Source of the DNA: Stegostoma tigrinum
Lineage: Eukaryota
Reading direction: 5' to 3'
Length of the DNA: 64,000 nucleotides
Assembly: GCF_030684315.1 (NCBI RefSeq)
Contig: NC_081404.1
Location: 13,769,140-13,833,139 of the forward strand
Translations under genes and position numbers: made by a program
Shown: positions 1 through 10,603 of the stretch, piece by piece
How the letters are laid out: each line of letters opens with the position of its first letter
Position numbering within the stretch: position 1 is the first letter of the stretch
Notes under the pieces: model-generated
Database searches by the model: none
Told to the model about the DNA's origin: nothing
The model's input: only the letters and a program-made list of their open reading frames with translations

Positions 1-3000
1 GGGGTGTTCGGGGACCCAGGAGCTCCCAAAGTGTCATCCTGAGACCGACACAGTCCGTTTCAAGCGCCCGAATCTCCCGAGGCTCGGTGTTGGGCTCCAG
101 CAGATATGGTGGCGGCGGTGGATCGAGCTTCAGCCGAATAAGTGTCGGTGCGGCTGGTTTAGGCTCAATGGGCTACCGGGGATATGGGGGAGGTATGTCT
201 CAAGGTCTGATCCAGAGAACCGCTGCCCTGGACCTGAGCACCCCTTTGCCTCAAATCGATACCACCCAGCGGGCTATCCGAGTGGAGGAGAGCAAGCAGC
301 TTCAGGGACTCAATAACCAGTTCGCGGACTTCGTTGGCAAGGTAATGTTCAGTGCTGCCCAGGCGGGTGGGTTTGTCAAATGCGTCCTCCGTGTCGTTTT
401 CTCTCGTGCCTTGTGGTGTCCGTCGCAACGTCTAACTATCTGTCTCTCCATCTCACCCCGCCAGGTTCGGTATTTGGAAAGGATCAATACTGAGCTGAAT
501 ATCAAACTGAAACTTCTGCAGGATCAAGGCGAATACAAATCCAACATCGAGAGCATGTTCCAGGTCTACATTGACAATCTGAAGAAACAACTGGAGGCAC
601 TTGGCCAGGAGAAGCTGAGGTTCGAGGCAGACCTGGTCCAAATGCAAGCTCTGGTCGAGGACTATAAGGGCAAGTAAGTGAGCTGCAGCTGAGTTGAGTC
701 ACGGGTTGCTTCGGAGGCGGGTTCGTGTCCGAACCAAACAGAAATACCAGGGACAGAATGAGTTCGCTTTGCCAAACCGGTAGAATGACAGCTGACGGAA
801 TTGTCCGCAGCATTGCCATGTAGACCGAACCGAACTGCACAGGGCTGTGCCGCTTCTCGTCTACGCGCTCGTTTGATTGAAGTGGGAGCACGGCTGATGC
901 TTCCGACAACATCGTCTGACAGTGTGTGTCTTGTGTCGGGACGGAAAGGTAACGACGAGCGGAGACAGAGACAAAACAGGGACGGTGATAGGGATCAGGC
1001 TGAAAGACTGAGCATCGGTAAAACAATCTCTTTCGTTCCAGGTACGAAGATGAAATCAACAAGCGGACGGAAATGGAAAATGAGTTTGTCCTGGTCAAGA
1101 AGGTGACTTTTATAACGATGCGCGGTACAGATCTCCGTTTGCGGCGACTTTTGCTCACTTTCATCAATGCATTCCCTCCCTCTGCTCTTTAGGATGTTGA
1201 TGACTCGTACATGAGCAAAGTGGAGCTGGAAGCTAAACTGGAAGGTCTGACAGATGAAATCGATTTCCTGCGGTCTATCTATGAAGAGGTAAACACGTGG
1301 CAATGGTCGGGCTGTTATCGTTTTCTGATCTGCTTTCCATTCGAGTCTCATGCAATGTAGCCCGAATGGTTTTCAATCACCTTGCAATCTTCATCCGCCT
1401 CCCCGCCCCCGCCCACATGTAGGAAATCCGGGAGCTGCAAGCCCAGATACAGAACACATGTGTCAATGTGCAATTGGAGGGCGGTCCGAAATTCGATGTC
1501 GAGGAGCTCCTCGCCAATGCCAGGAGGCAGTACGAAGCCTGCGCCCAGCAGAGCCGTGAGGAAGCGGAAACTTGGAAACAAACCAAGGTGAAGATTACGT
1601 GTCGCTGTCGCGTTCTTATCCAGCGGGCTGCAAAGTGAACTGTGGGACTAACGTGTTCCCAATGTCTGTTTGCAGATGCAGGAACTGGCCATGGCGTCTG
1701 GACAATGTGGCGATGATCTCAATATGCTGAAGTCAGAGATTAAACAGTCGACAGATCAAATCCGGAAACTGAAAGCATCCATCGATGCCCTGAAAAAGGA
1801 GGTAGGCAAAGGTGTGAAAGCGAACAGGGGGTGGGAAACGGTTGTAAATATCTGTACGTCTCTTTTACTCTCTCTGTCTTACCTCTCTGTCCGACATTAT
1901 TATCGGGAAGGCAATAAGGGGATAGGATCAGCTCAGCTGGGTTCTTTTCTGAACGCGTGGGGGGTCTGACTGCTGTCCTTTCCGATTGGAATCAGTGGCT
2001 GGCCAGTCACGCCGCCCTCCCCAAATCATTGCGCGGGGCGGGAGCGTTTTGCCTCGGTGTCGTTCTGAACACTGAGCTGACCCCAGTAAATACTGAAGAA
2101 ACTGGCCGAATGAATATTTATGTTCCTCAGCGTCTGAAACTGGAAGATGCAATCCGAGAAGCAGAGGAACGCGGCGAGAATTCTCTGAAAGACTCTCGGA
2201 TGAGGATTAGCGAACTGGAAGAGGCCATCTTGAGAGCCGGGCAAGAGCTTTCCAAACAAGCCAGGGAGTACGAACAGCTGGTGGGCATCAAGCTTGCACT
2301 GGACATTGAAATTGGGACCTACAAGAAAATGCTGGAGGGAGAGGAGGCAAGGTAAGATCAGGGCCAGTCGCTAATCGCAGCCATCACATTGAGTCCCGTG
2401 CTGGCAAATTGCAGTCCGTCCTTGCAGTTGACTGGTAGCTCTGGTCTCTGAGAATGGAATGGACTGCAGGCACTGGGAGTGACAATCTCTTCATTATCGA
2501 CATGTCCCGGGTAAAGGTCAGCTGTCCCGTTCCTCACGCTCCCATGGCCTGCTGGCCCCTGCTGCCTGTGACAGCAGCACCTAAAGACTGGGCACTTTGC
2601 CTGAGGCGAAGGAAGCTGACAGTGCCCTTTCAGAAGTGCATCCCAGCAGATGTCAGAGTCTCTGGGTGAGGGAGGAACTTGGGAAAACGGAGTGAAAGGG
2701 TGACTGTGATTTCCTGCAATTTCCTGCTCCGATCTGAGTGTGTTTCATTTCTCAACAGGATGGCAAGTGGGGTTAAAACCCTCAACATCCAGCAAGTCCA
2801 GAGCCAAGGTAAGAGAATTTGAGGTCCAAGTGAAGTGTGATGATTCTTTCTGGTCAGGTTCTGCTCAGCTTCATTCCAATCAGCCATCATCATTTCCCAC
2901 CTTCAACATCAGATGCTTGTATCATTTGGCCTTGTAAAATGATCGGTAATCACCAGCCCTTGCCAGCCTACTTCACATCCCTGATTGACATCACCCAACC

Positions 3001-3468
3001 AGCTTTCAGTTCATGAGGCTCCAATTCTCGGAATTCCTTCTGTCAGCATTTCCTTCATTCTCCTTCCCAGTCGCCTCCTTCAAGGGCTAGATTTTCCGCA
3101 TGCTTTTTCTCATCGTCCTGATGGATTTTAGGGTGTCAAATTGTTTCTTGGAGAAAGCGGCTGCAAAACATCTTGGGCTGTCGTACTTTGCGAAAGATAC
3201 AACACAAATTGAGTTACTTTATCATTTTGCAATTATACTTTCAATTGTAGCACCAAGATTACAAGAAAATTTTTTTTTTCTCTCTCTCTCTCTCTCTGCC
3301 CCTTTGACAGGTGGTTTGCAGCAAGGCTTGGGTTGGGGAGCTGGATCATCTTCCTATGAGACCTCACTCAGTTCAAGTGGCTCTTACGCGAGCAACAGAG
3401 CGACGGTGGGTGGACGAACCACGTATGAGGTGTCGAGCACAGGACTCAGTCAACAAGGGATCATTTGA
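1..3468 (+). CDS. Type II keratin, array copy 1 (5'-truncated by the window edge). Exons <1-341, 465-673, 1042-1102, 1193-1288, 1423-1587, 1676-1801, 2131-2351, 2759-2808, 3311-3468
   Basis: Gly/Ser-rich head; helix-initiation-like [16 protein letters not shown]; helix-termination [20 protein letters not shown]. All introns are GT-AG. Internal exon sizes 209/61/96/165/126/221 nt and their phases match the canonical type II keratin gene layout. Stop TGA ends at 3468; AATAAA at 3654-3659. Confidence 0.95.
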
Positions 3469-4520
3469 AACCATCAGTGCCTCCCAGCCGTTCATTGTCA
3501 GAGGTTATACTTTCCCTCAGTACTGTTTTTAGAGCGGTGGTTGACATCTTTATATTCACTTCATGTCTGCTACTCGGAATGACTGCATTAACCTGTTCAC
3601 GTTTCATACTTAAATGACATGAAGTCTACAGCGACATCTTCATCAGTTGACAAAATAAAGTAAACTTTGTGAAAGTTTGGGTTTGTGGGAAATGCAGTCA
3701 GGACGTTCACACTGTATTTGTTGGTATCTTTAAAATGGGAATTAAAGCAAAGCTTTCGCTGTTGAACTCTGTTTCACTTTGATGTGTAATTTTGTTCGTT
3801 GATTTACCTTATGGCATTGCTGTCCGGCTGAATAAACGTGTAAACTGCACAACTCGATTGCTTTTTGAACAGCACAATGTTAAATGAATGAAAAGGACAA
3901 TGCTCATCCATTGTTGTGTAATTCAAGAAGTGCCCACTCCAATATCGTTACATTTCCACAAGTATGATGACACGTGGAAAGACGTCTTTGTAGTTAGCAT
4001 GTCGGCACAAATACCCCAACACTGAAAATAAGCTGTCAGCCGTGAATGAAACTATTCAGTCCAACATCAGTGAAACCACTGTTGTGAATCTGACCAGATT
4101 CCCTCAAAATATTTTACCAAGTTATCTAGACCTTCACTCGTTCTGATCAGAAATGTAAATATAATGTGTGTCCCAAATGAACTACGACTCATCAAACCAC
4201 ATGATGTTAAGCTCTACTTAAAATACAACCAAGGAAGGAAGCATTTGGAATAACAACTGTATTGGAAATCTTCATAGAAGAATAAATACAGTAATTATGA
4301 CTTACTTCCTGTGCCAATACAGAAGCATCCCATAAGCAACATCCATTGGGTAAAGGGAAAATTCAGGCACAGATTCTCACACACATTTCTCCAGTCTAGG
4401 AGGGAAATATCACCCGGAGAAAATACAAAGAAAGTAGCGACCCGGAGGCATTCACTCAAGCTCCCAACTCTGTTGAGACTCCAACAGCTTCTGATGCTGC
4501 ATGAAAAAGTCCCGAAATCT

Positions 4521-6696
4521 ATAGACAATAGACAATAGCTACTGGAATCGGCCATTCGGCCCTTCGAGCCAGCACCCCCATTCGTTATGATCATGGCTGA
4601 TCATCCACAGTCAGTATCCTGTTCCTGCCTTCTCCCCATAACCCTGGATTCCACTGTCTTTAAGAACTAATATCTATCTCTTTCTTCAAAGCATCCAGAG
4701 AGTTGGCCTCCACTGCCTTCTTGGGCAGAGCATTCCATATATCCACCACTCTCTGGCTAAAGAAGTTTCTCCTCAACTCTGTTCTAAATGGCCTAGCCCT
4801 TATTTTTAAACTGTGTCCTCTGGTTCTGGACTCACCCGTCAGCGGAAACATGCTTCCTGCCTCCAAAGTCTCCAATCCCTGAATAAACTTATACGCCTCA
4901 ATCAGATGCCCTCTCATCATTCTCAGCTCAAGTGTATACAAGCACAGTCGCTCCAATCTTTCAACATCCGATAGTCCCGCCATTCTGGGAATTGACCTCG
5001 TGAGCCTACACTGCACTCCCTCAATAGCAACAATGTCCTTCCTCAAATTTGGAGACCAAAACTGCACACAAAACTCCAGGTGCACTCTCACCAGGGCCCT
5101 GTACAGCTGCAGAAGGACCTCTTTGCTCCGATACTCAATTCCTCTTGTTATGAAGGCCAGCATGTAATTAGCTTTCTTCACTGCCTGCTGTACCTGCATG
5201 CTTGCTTTCATTGGCTAATTGACAAGAACACCTAGGTCTCGTTGTACTTCCCCTTTACGGAAATTGACTCCATGGAGGTCGTAATCTGCCTTCCTGTTCT
5301 TGCCACCAAAGTGTATAACTGCACATTTATCCACATTAAACTGCATCTGCCATGCATCCGTCCACTCAACCAGCTTGTCCAAATCACCCTGTATTCTCAA
5401 AACATCCTCCTCACATTTCACACTGCTACCCAACTTTGTGTCATCTGCAAATTTGCTAATATTACTTTAAATGCCTTCATCTATATCATTAATATATATC
5501 GTAAACAGCTGCGGTCCCAACACCGAATCTTGTGGTACCTCACTGGTCACTGCCTGTCATTCCGAAAGGGACCTGTTTATCACTACTCTTTGCTTCCTGT
5601 CAGCCAGCCAATTTTCAGTCCAACTCAGTATTTTGCCCCCAATACCATGTGCCCTAATTTTGTTCACCAATCTCCGATGTGGGACTTTATCAAAGGCTTT
5701 CTGAAAGTACATCCACTGTTTCTCCCTTAACCATCTTCAGAGATACATTCTCCAAAAAATGCAGAAGATTAGTCAAGCACGATTTCCCCTTCGTAAATCC
5801 ATGCTGACTCTGACCTATTCTGTTCCTGCTATCCAAATGAATTGTAATTTCATCTTTTATAATTGACTCCAGCATCTTTCCCACCACTGACGTCAGGCTA
5901 ACCGGTCTATCATTTCCTCTTTTCCCTCTCCCTCCTTTCTTGAAAAGTGCGACAACATTTGCCAGCCTCCAATTCACAGGAACTGATCCTGAATCTATCG
6001 ACCCTTGGAACATAATTACCAACGAGTCCACAATTTCTGGAGCCACCTCCTGAAGTACCGTGGGATGCACACCATCAGGTCCCGGGGACTTATCGGCCTT
6101 CAGACCGAACAGTCTATCCAACACCTTTTCCTGCCTAAGAGAAATACCCTTCAGTTCGTCCATTACCCTAGGTCCTTCAGCCACTATTGCATCTGGGAGA
6201 TTTCTTGTGTCTTCCCTAGTGAAGACAGATCTAAAGTACCTATTCAATTCTTCCTCCATTTCCTTGTTCCCCGTGTTCAATTCACCCGTTTCTGACTTCA
6301 AGGGCCCAATTTTAGTCTGAACCATTTTTTTTCTTTTCACATCGCTAAAAAAGCTTTTACTATCCTCCTTTATATTTTTGGCCAGTTTTCTTTCATAGCT
6401 CATTTTTTCACTGTTTATTGCCTTTTTACTTATCGGCTGTTGCTCTTTAAAAGCTTCCCAGTCCTCCCGCTTCCCACTCATCTTAGCTATGTTATACTTC
6501 TCTCTTATCTTTATGCAGTCCTTAACTTGACTCGTCAGCCATGAGCTGATCCTGCACCTTCTGCATTATATCCAGAAATACCTGCCACTGTTGTTCCACT
6601 GCCATCCGTGCGAGGGGATTGTACTATTGAACTTTGGCCAGCTCCTCCCATATAGCTGCATAGTTCCCTTCATTCAACTCAATGCTGACACATCCG
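4521..6696 (-). mobile_element. 5'-truncated, frameshifted CR1 LINE (ORF2 RT and C-terminal region), unit 1
   Basis: ORF fragments KSPGPDGVHP, RPVSLTSVVGKMLE, QHGFTKGKSCLTNLL, WQMQFNVDKC, RTRGHSLK and FFSQRVVDIWNALP; 3' tail repeat atagacaatagacaatag. Confidence 0.92.
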
Positions 6697-8976
6697 GAAC
6701 GGACCCCACCTCTTCAGGCTTTATTTTTTTCAAAATCCAAGACTTTATCACCTGTTTACTAAAAAGGGTCTTGATGAGCCAGCTCCAAACCTCTGCCTTA
6801 CAATGTCTCCGAGAGCACACAGGACAAAATAACCTCTTCAAATGACAGCACACCATTCAGTACACCACCGCCGAAACCGCTCAGTTCACACTCACGGAAA
6901 CTAATGAGTGCACCATCCTTGAAAGCACCCCGGCACCATCACTGAAACTGCGCAATACCCCAGTATTGATACATCCTGGCTGTCAATTAGCTGAGTCGGC
7001 TGGGCAGTTGTTTTGCGATGCAGATTGATGGCAGCAGCACGCGTCGAGCCCGTGCAGTGCCTGCGACCACCTTGCCGATCCTGCCTTCTCAAGCTTCCGT
7101 CTTGCCTGAGGCATGGTGACCCGCTGGTTAAGCTGACAACCAGTTTTCCCTCACTGTATTGCAGGCACTTTCCGCCCGAACTGTGTGAGCCGGCACTGCA
7201 CGCACACCTAGTTTGAAGGCAAGACAGCAGAGTAACATTTCTGTCTTTTGCAATGATGTGTTCAATGATTGCAATTCTCTGGTTTTGCGAGACTGTGTCG
7301 AGGCACAGAAGCAAACATGTTGGTGCTGATAACACACATCCATATCCCGACATGATGTTGCATGGTGTGCATTGAGGAAGTGCTGCACCATGAGCAGACA
7401 AACGGAAGTCGCTGCTGCATGCAATATTCACAGATCTGCTGCACAGACATTAGTTTTGCGTCACAAGGATTTTTAGGGCTCCCGTTCCGTCTTTCGTGAC
7501 ATGGTCAAGGTGCTTGCGCTAAGTCGTTGGTTTGCGCTCAGTGGACAGATGGCCACCGGGTCAAAGCAGGATGAGTTTGCAGCTGCATGACACCTTCACT
7601 TTCTGGCTGTGTGTATAATGCTGTTCCCTTTTGAACAGTCTCACGTTGCCGCGATACGCAGCACCCTCCCTGACATGACCCAGCACCAACGGCAGCTGCT
7701 TTGGGCCTGGCCTCAGACATTTCCATTCCCATTGAGCACTTGTGCTTTTCAGCAAAATGGAAGCTACAAATGGCAGCTCTTTCAGACGTGCGTTCTGTGA
7801 GTCTAACTGAGTCTGCACCTGCCCACTTATCCCCCGAGCTGCAAGGATATCTGGTCAATAGGTCAGCATTTCCGGGGAACCGACACTTTCCCATTCACAT
7901 CCAGCCTTCCGCGGATTATCGTCTCCCCACTGATATATTCAGCTGTCCCCCAGGGCCTTTTCACTTTTCTCATCACCATTATGTTCGTAGCCCTTCTCCC
8001 GCAGCACTGGCAACCGAATACCCGCCACCTAACCTTGACTTTCTGTGGATGGACACCTCACATTGACCGTGGTGCACCACTTCAGCTGCTTCGCTGTGCA
8101 GCCCTGATCAATGAGTGACCAGAACCCTGACTGATACTTCTGCAGCTCTGCTACTCTGTTCCTGTGTCTCGCTGGACTGATTGCAATGGATCCACGCGGC
8201 TGACCATAGCCAACTCTCCAGGCTGCACTGCTATGGGCCACCGAACCGTCAGCACTCTAAGCGCCTCACACCTTGCCCAAGCCCCTGGACTGATATCATA
8301 GACAGCCCAGAACTTTACAAATTCCAAAGGGGTTATTAATGTCGCCAGATTGCACACATTCCAATTATACCGTTTTGATACTGCAACGCATTCTTTGCCT
8401 TGCATCACAGCGGCATCCACTAGCTCCCTCAGGCTTCATTCTGCCTTATTTATTTACTTTTATTGTAAATAATCAACACTGCTGTTCCCGATAAGCTCAT
8501 TATAACACTGCAGTGAAGTTTTCTGATATTCACGAAGCCTTACAATCCCTGAAACATCTGTTCAATTTAAACAGTGGTGAACAAAATACTCAACGGCCCC
8601 ATTTGACTGGAATGTCACCATTTATTTAACCGTGTGTTTGGGGGTTTGGTGGTTGTACAATGTGGGTGGGTGTAATGGTGCACAGCGCTCAATTCCCATG
8701 GGCTCTCTGCCCGCTCTCACGCAATCTTCCATTGCTAATTTTCATGAGACTGCCCAAGTCAGAAAAGCAGCTCGTCGCTCTCACCAAACTCCGTCATTCA
8801 CCAAACTCCAAGGTCCAGATCGTGTTGCAAGTTGCACTCAGTGACCAGCTGCCTTCCAATCTCATTGATTTCCAGAAACTGCGACTAAGATCATTCGTGG
8901 GTGGGAGCCTGAGACTTGCTTGCTGGCCTGGCCATGTCCAAGATTCAGACGCGACCAGAAAAGCTGCAAACTGATC

Positions 8977-9500
8977 ATAGAACATAAAACATAGAACATT
9001 ACAGCACAGTACAGGCCCTTCGGACCTCGATGTTGTGCAGACCTGTCATACCGATCTTCAGCCCATCTAACCGACACTATTCCATGTACGTCCATATGCT
9101 TGTCCAATGACGACTTAAATGTACCTAAAGTTGGCGAATCTACTGCCGTTGCAGGCAAAGCGTTCCTTTCCCTAACTACTCTCTGAGTAAACAATCTACC
9201 TCTGACATCTGTCCCATATCTTTCACCCCTCAATTTCAAGCTCTGACCCCTCGTGCTCGCCGTCACCATCCTAGGAAAAAGGCTCTCCCTATCCACCCTA
9301 TCTAACTCTCTGATTAGTTTATATGTTTGAATTAAGTCACCTCTCAACCGTCTTCTCTCTGATGAAAACAGCCTCAAGTCCCTCAGCCTTACCTCGTAAG
9401 ACCTTCCCTCCATACCAGGCAACATCCTAGTAAATCTCCTCTGCACCCTTTCCAGAGCTTCCACCTCCTTCTTACAATGCGGTGACCAGAACTGTTCACA
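8977..9500 (-). mobile_element. CR1 LINE 3' fragment of a second subfamily, unit 1
   Basis: [28 protein letters not shown]...RRRLRGDLI...FTQRVV; tail repeat catagaacataaaacatagaac. Confidence 0.9.
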
Positions 9501-10379
9501 AACTGCACTGTAAAGTTCGTTGTGTATATTCAGACGCTGTGACACGACTGTGCAGCAAGTAGGACTGCAACTCAGGCCTCCTTACTCAGAGCTAGGGACA
9601 TTCCCACCACATCACCAAAGCGCTGAACTTTCCATTTGATGCTGCTTGTGGAAGAGAAGGCGCTGGAGATCCTGTGAATTCACCCGTTTCACCAGTTGGT
9701 GGAGCCTCTGGAACACAGTCCTCGGGAACTGCGCGACTGTGCAAAGGGGATCGTTCCAAGCGCCTCTCACACACTTCTTGCTCGCTGCATCCTGTCACCC
9801 GCACCCCCCAACAAGCACCAAACCAACTCAGCGCTCGAACGCTGTCAGCAAGGCACTTAACAACTTCGAATCATACGTTCAACATCAGAAACACGATCCA
9901 AGAGGCAGATTTTTATGTTCAAAATGTATTCGAAGAAAGGCACGCACTATTTGGGCGGAGACAGTGGCGAATGTGCAAAGAGGGCAGAGGTGGAGGAATG
10001 CCCAGACTGTCTGAGGGTTGGAGGGAGCCCAAACAGGGAGAAAGAAAAGTGGGTTCGGGACCAGAAGGAGTGTCCGAACATGGAGGGGTGCGCGGGTCGA
10101 CCGGGATTTGCGAAATCCCGGCTATGAAGTGAATGGGGAAAGCTGGATGTGGGTAATGGGTTGGCAAAGGGGTGACCATTCAGGAGAAGATGCGGTTGAA
10201 GCAGGGACTGCCCAGTTGAGAAAAGGCCTGAAACAGCTGACGATGTAAAATGGGGTGGTGGTTAGGAGGAGTGGGCGGTGTTGGAGAACCTTGGACTGAT
10301 TGCAAGTGGCGAGCTAAGCAAAGAATCAGGTGTTGGCGCTCGGCAAAGGTGCAGGTCCCACCTCTCCTCCCCGGCCCAG

Positions 10380-10603
10380 GGGCACAGGGCGGCGGCTGGT
10401 TCCTCCCCTCTCCGGCTTGCTCCATTCTGGGCGGTTCCTTGTCAACAGACAGCCCCTTGGCCAACCCAGACTCACACGGACATAAAAGCAGCCGAGTCCG
10501 TCCTCAGCTCCACCGAGCCGTTCACGTTCTGACTGTGCTCTCTCTCTCTCACTCTCTCTCTCTGTCTCTGCGAGTCTGTGTCTACGTCGTGAAAAACCTC
10601 GAA
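10380..10603 (+). promoter_or_regulatory. Proximal promoter and 5' UTR of copy 2: GC boxes, CATAAAA TATA variant (10481-10487), (CT)n tract. Equivalent CATAAAA at 21208-21214 and 31923-31929
   Basis: CATAAAA lies ~120 nt upstream of the ATG and is preceded by GGGCGG boxes; same position in all three complete copies. Confidence 0.6.

Noticed and set aside
502-1586. Antisense and alternative-frame ORFs (221, 118, 101 aa) over the keratin exons
   Set aside because: Shadow ORFs with no domain signal; they recur only because the unit is duplicated.
4660-6481. 183 aa and 263 aa ORFs as host genes
   Set aside because: Frameshifted fragments of CR1 ORF2.
10250-10603. N-terminal extension in the 384 aa ORF (and the 372 aa ORF at 21005)
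   Set aside because: It starts upstream of the CATAAAA box, and its frame relative to the keratin changes with the (CT)n length in each copy. The real start is ATG 10604.
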